This document shows positions 38,070-48,543 of a DNA stretch of 64,000 nucleotides, in pieces. A program made the position numbers and the translations under genes. Position 1 is the stretch's first letter; each line of letters starts with the position of its first letter. This DNA comes from an uncultured Armatimonadetes bacterium (lineage in GTDB: Bacteria; Armatimonadota; Hebobacteria; Hebobacterales; Hebobacteraceae): the NCBI GenBank assembly GCA_963716175.1, contig OY970296.1:4192001-4256000 (forward strand), written 5' to 3'. The notes under the pieces were generated by a model. The model saw only the letters and a list, made by a program, of their open reading frames with translations, was not told where the DNA came from and searched no databases.

Positions 38070-40010
38070 CTAGTTGACCGTGACCATCATACCCACCTTG
38101 GTGAACCACCCGACGATCTGCCAGAGCACCGCGCCCAGCACGTCGCCCATGATCACCCCGAGGAACAGGGGCCGGAACTGCACGTAGCCGCGCAACCCAG
38201 TGTAGCGGATGGTGAGCAGCTTGAACAGCCACCCCAGGAAGAGCGAGAACCAGAGGTTGAGGCTGGCCCAGGAGGTGGCCATGACGAAGCCCAGCGGATG
38301 GATGGGCCACCAGACGAAGTTGATCCTCAGCCAGGCGAGGATGGACACGATGACCACACCGGCGGCGGTGGCCACGTAGCGCAAGAGGGCGGGCTGCTCA
38401 GGGGCCTGCAGACGCCCGGCGAGCTGGGAGAAGTAATCCTGCGTGAACATGATCTCGTTCACATTCCCCACCTGGACCGCGCCCGGGAGGTAGAAGGTAA
38501 GCAGGAAGGCCGGCACGGCGACGATCAGCACGAAGAACAGGGATAACGCCATCACCGGGGTGAGCCTGCGATTCGAGACCCCGGACAGCTCAGACATGCG
38601 AAACGCATTCAGCACCGAGGGCATGAGGAACTCGCGCAGGTCGAAGGTCAAGCTGGTATCTACGAAGGTGAGCGTGGTGAGATTGCTCGGACCCAGCGCG
38701 CTCGGTGCCGCCGAAGAGGAGCAGATAATCCACCGGCTTGAAGCTGAGCTGGATCATCAGCATTCCGGCTTCTGCGACGATGCGAGTGAGCACCAGGCAA
38801 ATGCCGACGAAGAAGACCACGAAGAGCGCGATGAACTGCGGCGTCATGCCTGCGGCGCCAAGCCAGAGTACCTGCACGATGAGGCTCGCGATAAGCCCAA
38901 GCGCGGCGAAGCGATAGCTCAAGGGCTCGGCCGAATCGTCAACGCCCGGGGCGCGGCCCAACGCTTTCCTGAAGGCATCGGCCAGCGTGCCGCGCAGCAA
39001 CCAGAAGAGCATCGCCGCGATCGCCAACAGCCCTCCCATCTGCTCGCTGTCGCTGATCTGTGCGATGACCCCGCCCCAGGCGCTGCCGCCTTCGTAGCCC
39101 AACAGGCTGAGGATGACGCCCTGGGCTTTGATGAACAGGACAGAGCACCAGAACCCGGCTGCCACCTCCAGGGGCAAGAGATAGCCGAACCCGATGGCCG
39201 AGAAGAAGAAGGCAATGTAGATGGGGGCCATCGTGCCCCAGGGGCGATCCGGGAGATACTGATCGAGGGTGATGAAGGTCGGGATCTGGGGCAACGCCGG
39301 GAAGTTGCGATGCAGCCCGTTGATGATGTGCACCAGGAAGACGAAGCCGGCGCCGATCCACACCAACCGGTTGGCGAAGAAGGAAGCAGAGGGACCCCGG
39401 TCGTCACCCCGCAGCACCTCGAGGGGGAACTGCACCAGGGGAAAGGCGAGGCGCTCGCGATCGGCCCACTGCTTGCGCACCAGCGCGGCGAGGCAGGTCA
39501 TCATCAGCCAGAGCGCGAACACGAAGATCATCCAGTGCGAGAGGGTGTAGAGCCACACGCCCCAGGGCATGCGCGAGCCCGCCGGCAGCCCCTCCCAGAA
39601 CCAGTTCACCGCCTCCTTGTCGCTCACCCCGAGCCAGGGGGGACGTAGTTCCAGAAAAGCTTCTGCCATTGGTTGCCGGGGGTGGCCAGATAGAACCCCA
39701 TGGTGCAAGTCGGTATCAGGTAGCGGAGCAGGCCAAATGACGGAATCCCGGCGGTCACCATGATGATGATGTAGATGACGGCCAGCTCGCGGAGGTGGAA
39801 GAGGCCACGGCCCCACCACCGATGCACGAGCAGGTTGATGAGAGAAAGCAGCAGCAGCACCGCCACCGCGCCGATGGGGAAGTGGTTGCCGGCGATGTAG
39901 GTGTTGCCGATGACGTAGTCGTTATAGGGGGTGATGACCGCGAGGCCCGCAGCGAGCACCAGGCCGAGCAGAACGCTGCGCGCAGTGATGCCCCTCTCAG
40001 CTCTTCCCAT
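38070..40010 (-). CDS. DUF6785/DUF6784-type membrane protein, paralog 3 (two frameshifts, about 39637-39642 and about 38700)
   Basis: ITARSVLLG, RERLAFPL and WWPIHPLG fall in three consecutive ORF fragments. Confidence 0.8.
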
Positions 40011-40151
40011 CCACCAAGGTCCTTCGGCGATTATGGCAGCGAAATCACGATGGGATTCTTCCTGCCCCGGGACGGGGAACCTCTAAGGAGGCCCGGGAGA
40101 GGTGAGAGGAGGACGGAGAGAGCGGGCGGCAAGGCACCGTGGGGGTGTCAG

Positions 40152-41627
40152 CTACTTGAGGTAGCCCAGCGACTTCAGCTGCTGCCGGGTCTCGTCACTC
40201 AGCTTGGCTTCCTCGCTATGGGTCACGAGCACCTTTCCCCCCCAGAGGACTACGGGCCGGGCGCGTTGAGTGGCGGCCCAGGACCTGAACTGCCGGTTAA
40301 GCTGCTTGACCATGTCGCGTCTCTCGCCCGCGATGTTGGCTTGCTCGCCCAGGCTGGTCTCGTGGTCGTAGAGCTCCACGCGCTGCCCATGGTCTGCGAG
40401 CAGCAAGGTGTAGCGCGGCACCCTGAGCGCGTAGGAGACTTCGCTGGGCTTCTTCTCACCTCCGCTGGCATCGTTGCCGCGAGAGCGGCTCACCGCGAAG
40501 GCCGGAGTCTTCTCCTCCTCCCCTGCCAAGAGCCCGAGGCGGGTGCGGCCTTGCATGGTGTCGGGCGGCGGGATCTGGAGCAGGTCCAGGAGCGTGGGCA
40601 TCAGGTCTGTGAGACAGAAGACGTCCGCCTGTCGCCGCGGCGAGGCGGAGCAGCGCGCGGGCAGATGAATCCCCACGGGGACGTACACCATCTCCCGGTA
40701 GACGGTGGTGGTGTGCCCGTAGACGCCATGTTCGCCGAAGGCCTCGCCGTGATCAGCCAGCACGACGACCACCGATTTGTCGAGCACATCCAGCGCCTCC
40801 AACTCCTGCAGCAGCTTCCCGACGAGGCTGTCCACATAGGCGAGACTGGCATCGTAGCGCAGGGATTGGTCGGGCTGAGACGAGCCCGGGTCGGCGCCGC
40901 CCAGGAACCGCCGCCGGAAATCGGCGGGAGCGTAGTAGGGAGCGTGCGGTTCCAGGAAGTGGACATAAGCGAAGAAGCGCTCGTCGTTGTGCGCCCGAAA
41001 CCAGTCAACGGAAGCACGCAGCACCCTAGCACCATCCACCACGCCAGGGCCGAGGGGAGACCTGGAAGGATGCCGGAACAGCTCGGTGAACGAATCAAAG
41101 CCGCGGCGGAAGCCGAAGGATTCCGAGATCGTCGGGTTCCCCAGAAAGGCGGCTGTCGTATACCCCGCTGCTCTCATGCATTCGGGCAGGGTTGCGCCCT
41201 GCGCGATGAAGGGCCAGGGTAACGAGAGAGCGCCATGCGTGTCCGGGAACTGCGAGGTGAACAGAGATGCCACCGAGGCCTTGGTATTGGGAGCGGCGGA
41301 ATAGGCCTCGGTGAACAAGATACTGCGGTCGAACAGCTTGGCGATGTTGGGCGTGGTGTTAAGCTTGTGGCCAAAGGAGGTGAAGTGATCGGCCCGGGCC
41401 GCGTCCAACAGGATGATGATCAGATTGGCCCCGGCGGCGCCGGCGCGCAGCCGCTGCGCCGCTGGCGACGTCGTGATCTCATCAGGCGAAGGCGTGTGGA
41501 ACTTCGGCCTGTGTAGCGCGCGCGGGTGCGCGACCCACAGACCGGCCGCCAGGATCAGCAGCCCCACCAGCAGGTATCTGGCCCGCAGCACCCGCCGGAC
41601 CCGGTGATGCTTGTCCATCGTCGTCAC
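40152..41627 (-). CDS. sulfatase-like / alkaline phosphatase superfamily hydrolase, membrane-anchored
   Basis: ILLDAARADH, TTPNI, HFLEPHAPY, ADHGEAFGEHG, DLMPTLL, QLKSLGYL motifs. Confidence 0.88.
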   Translation of the reverse strand: MTTMDKHHRVRRVLRARYLLVGLLILAAGLWVAHPRALHRPKFHTPSPDEITTSPAAQRLRAGAAGANLIIILLDAARADHFTSFGHKLNTTPNIAKLFDRSILFTEAYSAAPNTKASVASLFTSQFPDTHGALSLPWPFIAQGATLPECMRAAGYTTAAFLGNPTISESFGFRRGFDSFTELFRHPSRSPLGPGVVDGARVLRASVDWFRAHNDERFFAYVHFLEPHAPYYAPADFRRRFLGGADPGSSQPDQSLRYDASLAYVDSLVGKLLQELEALDVLDKSVVVVLADHGEAFGEHGVYGHTTTVYREMVYVPVGIHLPARCSASPRRQADVFCLTDLMPTLLDLLQIPPPDTMQGRTRLGLLAGEEEKTPAFAVSRSRGNDASGGEKKPSEVSYALRVPRYTLLLADHGQRVELYDHETSLGEQANIAGERRDMVKQLNRQFRSWAATQRARPVVLWGGKVLVTHSEEAKLSDETRQQLKSLGYLK

Positions 41628-41683
41628 CCCCTCACAGTGTTACGGTGGCAGAAGGCTAGCTCCTGCCCGACAGGCCATCCGCC

Positions 41684-42739
41684 CTACAGTTTGACTGCCC
41701 TACCAAGCCTGGCGGATTCGTAAGCCGCCAGGGCCACGGCGAAGGACTTCCGCGCCTCGTGGATGGTGGCCACTGGCTGCTTCTGCTCCTCGATGCAGGT
41801 GATAAGGTAATCGAGGGCGCCTGGACGGGGAGGAGCGAAGGGCTCGGCCGCCGGCCGCTCGAACACCCAATGGGAGGCCTGCTTGCCCAGGATCGCTCTC
41901 CCTGGGGCCCAGAGCTGTTCCTCGATCAGCTCGCCCTGCGTCCCGACGATCTCCAGCCGGCGCACCGCGTTCTGCTTGGGCGAGGGGCCGGATTTCCGGG
42001 GCGAGTTGATGGTCCAGCTCGCTTCCAGGGTGGCGAGCACTCCATTGCCGAAAGTGAAGGTCGCCATGCCCCAGTCCTCCACTGCGATGTCCTTGTGGAC
42101 CAGGTTGGCGATCTTGGCCTCCACCTGCACGACTTCGCTGCCGGCCAGCCAGCGCAGCTGCTCCATGGAGTAGATCCCCTCATCAATGAAGGCGCCGCCG
42201 GGGACCTGCTTCGGATCGGCAAACCAACCAGGCCTGCCGGAGCGCAGCCAATCCTCCGCAATGGACCAGCGGGCGGTGATATGCATAACCGCGATATCAC
42301 CGATCAATCCCTCATCCAGCCGCCGCTTCAGGTCTGCCATCCCCAAGCGGAACAGTCCCTGAAAGGCGACGCATGTGACCCCCGCCTCGTCTACGGCCTT
42401 CACCATCTCGTCGGCCTGCTCGAGGGTCATGGCCATGGGCTTGCCCAGGATGATGTGCTTCCCGGCCCGGGCCGCTTTGATGGTGCACTCGGGGATCTCG
42501 GCCACCGGAGGGGAGATATGGACGATGTCCACCTCTTCCTGCTTCAGAAGCGCATCATAGCCCGCATAGGCCTTGATCCCGAAGGCGGCGGCGAACTCCT
42601 CGCGCTGCGCCTGGTCGTGCCAGGCCACCGCGACCAGCTCGGCCTTGGGATACTCCGGCAGACTCCGGGCCAGGCCGTAGGCCGAATACCAGTGGCCCAG
42701 ACCCATAACCGCTACCCTCCACTTGCGCTGCTTAGCCAT
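41684..42739 (-). CDS. Gfo/Idh/MocA family oxidoreductase
   Basis: VAVMGLG, GKHIILGKPMA, GGAFIDEGIY motifs. Confidence 0.9.
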   Translation of the reverse strand: MAKQRKWRVAVMGLGHWYSAYGLARSLPEYPKAELVAVAWHDQAQREEFAAAFGIKAYAGYDALLKQEEVDIVHISPPVAEIPECTIKAARAGKHIILGKPMAMTLEQADEMVKAVDEAGVTCVAFQGLFRLGMADLKRRLDEGLIGDIAVMHITARWSIAEDWLRSGRPGWFADPKQVPGGAFIDEGIYSMEQLRWLAGSEVVQVEAKIANLVHKDIAVEDWGMATFTFGNGVLATLEASWTINSPRKSGPSPKQNAVRRLEIVGTQGELIEEQLWAPGRAILGKQASHWVFERPAAEPFAPPRPGALDYLITCIEEQKQPVATIHEARKSFAVALAAYESARLGRAVKL

Positions 42740-42943
42740 GGCGTTTCCCTGCCCTCGCATATGATCGCCGCACCCTCGACAGGTCCGCACTCGAAGCTGC
42801 GGCCGGTGAAGTGTTCCGGCTCGCCCGCGCCGAGCATTCTAGGTTGCACGCAGTTTCCGGTCAAGCCTGGAGTTGGATTGCCACCGGCAGGGGCAGCGCG
42901 GAGTGAAGGCGAAGCTCCTGTTCTGGCCGAGGAGGCGGAGGAT

Positions 42944-43825
42944 ATGGCACAGGGCGCGAGCTTCTCACCGTTGGTCAGCATGGCCGGTCTGCTTGCGGCC
43001 GCCAAAGAGAAGAAGTACGCGGTGGCGGCCTTCAATATCTACAATGCGGAGAGCCTGGGCGCAGTCTTCGAGGCGGCGAAAGAGGAGAGATCTCCCATCA
43101 TCGTCCAGACGTGGCGGGGCGATCTCGAACACCTCGGGATCGGGCTGCTGGTGGAGATGGTGCGATGGCTGGCCAAGGATTCCGGCGTGCCAGTCTGCCT
43201 CCACCTGGATCACGGCAGCGCGCTGGAGATTGTCTCGGCCTGCATCGAGGGCGGATTCTCGTCGGTGATGTTCGACGGCTCCCGGCTGCCCTTCGAGGAG
43301 AACGTGCGCATCACCAAGGAGGTGAAGGAGGCGGCCCACCGGAGGGGTGTCTCCGTCGAGGCCGAGCTGGGAGTGATCGGCCGGGCGGAATCGCCGCCAA
43401 CCGAAGAGGAACGCCAGCGCAACCTCACCCGTCCCGACGTGGCCGAGGAGTTCGTCGCTCTCACCGGCATAGACGCGCTGGCGATAGCCATAGGCAATCT
43501 CCACGGAGCCTATAAGGGCAAACCGCAGCTCGATCTGGACCGGGTGGCGGACATCGCCGGGCGCACGGGCATCCCGCTGGTGCTCCACGGCGGCTCCACC
43601 ACTCCCGAGGCTGACATACGGCAGGCGGTGGCGAACGGCATCTGCAAGGTGAACGTCGCCACCGAGCTCTACCTGGCCTTTGGGCGAGGCGTGACCCAAG
43701 GCCTGCAGAAGGCGGAAGGCCGGATGTGGCCGGCCGGGATTCTGCAGCAGGCGAGGGCAGAGATGCGCGAGGTGGCGCGCCACTGGATCAGGCTGCTGGG
43801 GTCGGCCGGGAGGATGGAGCAATGA
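42944..43825 (+). CDS. class II fructose/tagatose-bisphosphate aldolase
   Basis: AVAAFN, LHLDHG, SVMFDGS, EAELG, AIGNLHG, LVLHGGS, KVNVATE motifs. Confidence 0.93.
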   Translation: MAQGASFSPLVSMAGLLAAAKEKKYAVAAFNIYNAESLGAVFEAAKEERSPIIVQTWRGDLEHLGIGLLVEMVRWLAKDSGVPVCLHLDHGSALEIVSACIEGGFSSVMFDGSRLPFEENVRITKEVKEAAHRRGVSVEAELGVIGRAESPPTEEERQRNLTRPDVAEEFVALTGIDALAIAIGNLHGAYKGKPQLDLDRVADIAGRTGIPLVLHGGSTTPEADIRQAVANGICKVNVATELYLAFGRGVTQGLQKAEGRMWPAGILQQARAEMREVARHWIRLLGSAGRMEQ

Positions 43826-44838
43826 GAGCGGCCCGCCTTTACGCTCCGCGTGACCTCCGCGTGGAAGAGATCAGCGACCCCCAGGCTGGGCCAAGCCAAT
43901 TCCTCGTGCGCATCAAGGCTTGCGGCATCTGCCCCAGCGATCTGAGGGCCTATTCGGGCCTGCGTCCGCTCCGCAATCCGCCGACCACACCCGGGCACGA
44001 ATGGGTGGGCGAGGTGATAGGCGCGGGAGCGGAGGCCACGGGGTTGGAGGTGGGCGACAGAGTGGCGGTGAGCTGGTTGGCTCCCTGCGGCTCCTGCCAG
44101 TTCTGCCAGAGAGAGCTCTTCAACCTGTGTGAGAAGAAGCACTCCGGGGACGCAAGAGGAGGCTTCGCCGAACTCGGGGTGGCCTCGCGGCGCCACCTCT
44201 ACCGGATGCCGGAGGGGCTGCCGTTCACCTCTGCCGCGCTTGCCGAGCCGCTTGCTTGCTGCCTGAACGGCCAGGACAACAGCGCCATCCGCGCCGGCGA
44301 CGTCGTCGCCATCGTGGGCGCAGGTCCCATCGGCCTGCTGCACTTGCAGGCGGCAAGGGCCAAAGGCGCGCAGGTGATCGCCTGCGACCTGCTGCCGGAA
44401 CGTCTCGAGATCGCCCGCAAGATCGGGGCAGCCCATGTAGTTGACGCGGGCCAGGGGGATCCGGCCCAGGCGGTGCTCGATCTGACAGGCGGGAAGGGCG
44501 CCAATGCGGTGATCGTGGCCGTGGGGTCCGCGCAGGCGATCGCACCCGCCATCCGAATGGCGGCGGTGAAGGCACGGGTGAACTTGTTCGCGGGCACGTA
44601 CCCGCCGACCACGATCGAGGTAGACCCCAACTTCATCCACTACCGAGAGCTGTCCCTATGCGGAAGCTGGGACTACAAGCCGGCGCACTTCGCCGCCGCC
44701 CTGGAGCTGCTGGGAAGCGGAGCCGTCGCCGCCGAGCCTCTAACCAGCCATTTGCTCCCTCTCGAACAGATACGAGACGGTTACGAGGCGGTGGCCTCGC
44801 GGACGGGCCTGAAGGTGGTCATCAGAATGGACGGTTGA
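43822..44838 (+). CDS. zinc-dependent (polyol) dehydrogenase
   Basis: CGICPSD, GHE, CGSCQFC, GAGPIG motifs. Confidence 0.92.
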   Translation: MRAARLYAPRDLRVEEISDPQAGPSQFLVRIKACGICPSDLRAYSGLRPLRNPPTTPGHEWVGEVIGAGAEATGLEVGDRVAVSWLAPCGSCQFCQRELFNLCEKKHSGDARGGFAELGVASRRHLYRMPEGLPFTSAALAEPLACCLNGQDNSAIRAGDVVAIVGAGPIGLLHLQAARAKGAQVIACDLLPERLEIARKIGAAHVVDAGQGDPAQAVLDLTGGKGANAVIVAVGSAQAIAPAIRMAAVKARVNLFAGTYPPTTIEVDPNFIHYRELSLCGSWDYKPAHFAAALELLGSGAVAAEPLTSHLLPLEQIRDGYEAVASRTGLKVVIRMDG

Positions 44839-44841
44839 CCC

Positions 44842-46290
44842 TTGGGAGGCGACCACCGCTATCTGCTGGGTGTTGACCTGGGCACCACCGCTTGCAAGGC
44901 CGTGGTCTTCGACTCCGAGGGGCGGCCACAGGGGAGAGCGGAGGCGGAGGTCGAGATCGCCCACCCCAGGCCCACATGGGCGGTGGGCGATCCTGAAGGC
45001 TGGTGGCGGATGGCGGCTGAGGTGATCCGGGAGGCGGTCTCGCAGTCCGCAGTGCGGCCTTCTCAGATTGCGGCCGTCGGGCCCTGTGGCTTGATGCATG
45101 CCCCGGTGCTCCTGGATGAGGACGGGGCTGTGATAGAGGAGGCGCCGCTGTGGATGGACCAGCGGTGCCGCCCGGAGTGCGAGTGGCTGGCAGCAGAGCA
45201 CAGGGCCCTTTTCGACAGGATCGCCGGCCACGCTCCCGCGACCTCGGCGAGCGCCGCCAAGCTGCTCTGGTTCGCGATGCACAAACCCGAGGCGATCAGG
45301 CGGGCGCGCCGTTTCATGCTCCCGAAGGATTACCTCAGATACCGGCTGTGCGGCGACTGGGCCACCGATCCCGGTGATGCGTCCGGCACAGGGCTCATGG
45401 ACAGGGCGGCCAAGCAGTGGTCCCGCGAGCTGGTGGAGGTGGTTGGGTTTCGCATGGAGGCGATGCCTCCCATCGTGCCCTCCTCGCAGGTGCGGGGCGA
45501 GGTGAGCGAAGCAGCGGCAGACGAGTGCGGGCTAGCCCCAGGCACCGCAGTCGTCTGCGGCAGCAGCGACATGGCCTGTACCGTTCAGGGCTCCAACGCT
45601 CGCCGCGCGGGACAGACCACGCTCTACCTGGGCACTGCCGCCTGGCTCTGCCAGGGAGAGGGAGAGGGGCAGTTGCGCTTCCTGGGGTTCGCCGCGACCT
45701 CGGCCGCCTGTCTGAGGTGGTGGCGGCAGACTCTTGGCGAGGACTCTCTCGGTTACGAGGATCTGCTGCAGCAGGTGGAGGGCTCCGACCCGGGGGCCGA
45801 GGGGCTCCTTTTTTTCCCTCATCTGATGGGCGAGCGAGGGCCGGTGGTCAACCCGCGAGCCAAGGGGGGCTTCCTGGGGCTGACGCTGGCGCACCGGGGT
45901 CCTGACCTGCTGAGAGCGATCCTGGAGGGAGTGGGTTATCACCTGCGGCAGATGATGGAGGTGGCAGGCGCCAAGGAGGGCGATCTCGTCGCTGCCGGGG
46001 GCGGAGCGCGCAGCCCTCAGTGGCTCCAGATCATCGCGGACATCACCGGCAGAAGAGTGCGCCGCTGCGAAGTGACAGAGGCCGCCGCGCTGGGAGCGGC
46101 GATATTGGCCGGAGTTGGGATAGGGATGTTCGCCACCCCGGAGGAAGCCAGCGCGCGGCTGGTGCGACTAACGGACGCAATGGAGCCTCGTCAGGCCTCC
46201 GCTGCCGGCTACCACCGGTTCTACCAGGTGTGGCGTGAGGCGGACGCATGGCTGCAGCAGTTCTGCGGCCAGTTTCCAGAGGAGGTATAG
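44842..46290 (+). CDS. FGGY carbohydrate kinase (xylulokinase-like)
   Basis: LGVDLGTT, WMDQR, PKDY, DASGT, PHLMGER, GGGARS motifs. Confidence 0.92.
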   Translation: MGGDHRYLLGVDLGTTACKAVVFDSEGRPQGRAEAEVEIAHPRPTWAVGDPEGWWRMAAEVIREAVSQSAVRPSQIAAVGPCGLMHAPVLLDEDGAVIEEAPLWMDQRCRPECEWLAAEHRALFDRIAGHAPATSASAAKLLWFAMHKPEAIRRARRFMLPKDYLRYRLCGDWATDPGDASGTGLMDRAAKQWSRELVEVVGFRMEAMPPIVPSSQVRGEVSEAAADECGLAPGTAVVCGSSDMACTVQGSNARRAGQTTLYLGTAAWLCQGEGEGQLRFLGFAATSAACLRWWRQTLGEDSLGYEDLLQQVEGSDPGAEGLLFFPHLMGERGPVVNPRAKGGFLGLTLAHRGPDLLRAILEGVGYHLRQMMEVAGAKEGDLVAAGGGARSPQWLQIIADITGRRVRRCEVTEAAALGAAILAGVGIGMFATPEEASARLVRLTDAMEPRQASAAGYHRFYQVWREADAWLQQFCGQFPEEV

Positions 46291-46293
46291 GAG

Positions 46294-47334
46294 ATGAAAG
46301 CAGGGGTGTATACGGCGCCGGGCAGGCTGGGCGTTGTGGAGGTTCCCGATCCGGTGCTCAACCCGGGCGAAGTGCTGATCCGAGTGAAGGCCGCCGGCAT
46401 CTGCGGCAGCGACCTGCACTCCTACCGGGACCCCTCCCGGTTCAGTGGCATGGCTGGCCGGGTGTTGGGGCACGAGCTGGCGGGAGATATCACAGCCGCG
46501 GCCGAGGGAGTAGCTGAGGGCCGGATAGGAGAGCGGGTCGGCATCGAGCCCCTGCTGTCCTGCGGGCATTGCGGCTGGTGCCTGAAGGGCGACTACCATC
46601 TGTGCCCCGAGCTGGCCCATATCGGCTTTGCCTGGAGCGGAGGGTTCGCGGAGCTGTGCAAGGCCCCGTCCGAGAAGGCCTGTGCTCTCCCCGGCCACGT
46701 ATCGTACGAGGCCGGAGCCATCTTGGACTGCCTGGCCTGCGGAGTCCATGCCATCCAGCGCTTGCATATCAGCCTGGGAGAATCGGTGGTGGTGCTGGGC
46801 GGAGGGGCGATCGGCCTCTCTGTGCTCCAGTGTGCGAAGTGGGCCGGCGCCAGGTTCGCTGCCATCTCCGACCCTCTGGCGAAGACGCGGCAAGTGGCCA
46901 GGGAACTGGGCGCAGACCTGACCATCAACCCCGCCGACGAGGACCCGGTGGAGCGAGTGCGAGAGGCCACCGGTGGCCTCGGCGCGGACGTGGTGGTGGA
47001 AGCTGTCGGCGGGCGGGCGCCAACCCTTCAGCAGGCGATTCCCATGACCAAACGCGGAGGCAGGCTGGGCTACCTGGGCAGCTTCAGGGCCCCGCAAGAG
47101 CTGGACATGGGGACCGTGCTCAGGCACGAGGTCATGATCGTTCCCATCTGGAGCTACGCGCGATGGGGGACGGCGACCGAATACCAGATCGCGCTGGATG
47201 GGCTGGCTCAGGGGAAGCTCGCGGCTGATCCCATGGTGACCCATCGGTTCCGCCTGGAAGAGATTGACGACGCCTTCCGCGCGGCCTCAGAGAAGGAGGT
47301 CTCGCAGGCTGTGAAGGTGATCGTGAACCCCTGA
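46294..47334 (+). CDS. zinc-dependent (polyol) dehydrogenase
   Basis: GICGSD, GHE, CGHCGWC, GGGAIG motifs. Confidence 0.92.
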   Translation: MKAGVYTAPGRLGVVEVPDPVLNPGEVLIRVKAAGICGSDLHSYRDPSRFSGMAGRVLGHELAGDITAAAEGVAEGRIGERVGIEPLLSCGHCGWCLKGDYHLCPELAHIGFAWSGGFAELCKAPSEKACALPGHVSYEAGAILDCLACGVHAIQRLHISLGESVVVLGGGAIGLSVLQCAKWAGARFAAISDPLAKTRQVARELGADLTINPADEDPVERVREATGGLGADVVVEAVGGRAPTLQQAIPMTKRGGRLGYLGSFRAPQELDMGTVLRHEVMIVPIWSYARWGTATEYQIALDGLAQGKLAADPMVTHRFRLEEIDDAFRAASEKEVSQAVKVIVNP

Positions 47335-47430
47335 ACGGCCATGGCGCGGGTTGTCCCTCGCTGCGCTCGGGACAAGCCCGCGCCGCCCTAGGACGCCTCA
47401 CGGCGGTGACACCTGTCTTGGGCCAATAGT

Positions 47431-47560
47431 GTAACTGGTAACGCTCTGCGGGGATGGCTTCAGATCCGCGTCGGAGCCACAACATATGGTGTGTTGCTGC
47501 AGGCGCGTGGGCCGATATGTTGCGCCCGCGAAACCTGTCCCGCCGTGAGTTACCAGTTAC
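47431..47560. mobile_element. 130-bp MITE with IS66-like ends
   Basis: TIRs GTAACTGGTAAC (47431-47442) and GTTACCAGTTAC (47549-47560); flanking 8-bp direct repeat CCAATAGT (47423-47430, 47561-47568). Confidence 0.85.
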
Positions 47561-47567
47561 CCAATAG

Positions 47568-47596
47568 TTGACACATGGACAGCTTTGCCCTAAACT
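47568..47596 (+). promoter_or_regulatory. sigma70-type promoter of the MarR gene
   Basis: TTGACA-17 nt-TAAACT. Confidence 0.7.
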
Positions 47597-47612
47597 ATCC
47601 CTGAGGTGCCTT

Positions 47613-48062
47613 ATGCCAGAGGTCGAGAAACCGGCAATCCAGGCCTGGCGGAGCTTCGTGCGTGCCAAGGCGGAAACTGGCCGCGCCATGCACCGCGAGC
47701 TGAGGGAGCATGGCTTAAGTGGAGCGCAGATCGGCATTCTGCGCGTGCTGGCTGGTTCGGGCAGCGATGGGCTGAAGCTGAACGAGATCTCGCAGCAGCT
47801 CTGCATCACCTCCGGGAACGTCACGGGGCTGATTGACCGCCTCGAAGAAGCAGGGCATTTGGCCCGCGTTCCCCACCCGCAAGATCGGCGGATCACGCTG
47901 GCCGTGTTGACTCCTGCGGGGCGGGAGCTGTTCGGGAGGATCTACCCGGCGCATGTGGCGCGGGTGGAACGCCTGATGTCAGCAGTCACGGTACAGGAAC
48001 AGGCGCTGCTCGCTGACCTGCTAGGTCGGATCGCCGACCAGGCGGCGGCGATGGACCGGTAG
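47613..48062 (+). CDS. MarR family transcriptional regulator
   Basis: GLSGAQ..IL, NVTGLIDRLE..G...R.P.P.DRR.....LT..G motif. Confidence 0.93.
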   Translation: MPEVEKPAIQAWRSFVRAKAETGRAMHRELREHGLSGAQIGILRVLAGSGSDGLKLNEISQQLCITSGNVTGLIDRLEEAGHLARVPHPQDRRITLAVLTPAGRELFGRIYPAHVARVERLMSAVTVQEQALLADLLGRIADQAAAMDR

Positions 48063-48202
48063 CTTGCGCCGAGCGCGGATGGGCGGTCTCGGGTCTCCGT
48101 CTGGTGCTGCGCGCTGGTACGGGTATACTACCTGGGGGTGGGAATGCGCTGGTGAGCACCCTCGTCATAGATCATATGCGACGCGCTGACAAATGAGTAG
48201 AA

Positions 48203-48323
48203 GCTGTTTCATAACCTTCCCAGGGGAGGTTATGAAACAGCACTGCACAAAGTCAGGCAGTGGCAGGCGCATTTCATGCGAGGGCGTGGTGCGGCCAGCC
48301 AGCAGGTAGGTTATGAAATGCGC
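48203..48323. repeat. Inverted repeats with core TTTCATAACCT/AGGTTATGAAA
   Basis: Perfect 15-bp IR 48203-48217/48227-48241; second IR 48267-48277/48313-48323. Confidence 0.6.
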
Positions 48324-48543
48324 TCTAGTGTAGGCGAGCTGAACGCAGGGGAAGCCCGGAGAACAGTCTGGCCGTGAGCAGTGCCCGGTGGAGCGCGGCA
48401 TCACGGGCTGGCTGACTGCGCAACGGCAGGCTGCTCCGCGTGTCTGATCCACTAGGAGTGGGGGCCCCTCGGTCGTAGCGCGACAGAGGCCAATCCCTAT
48501 CGCTTTCGCCGCCCCTTGGCGCGGGCGAACCGACAGGAGAACT

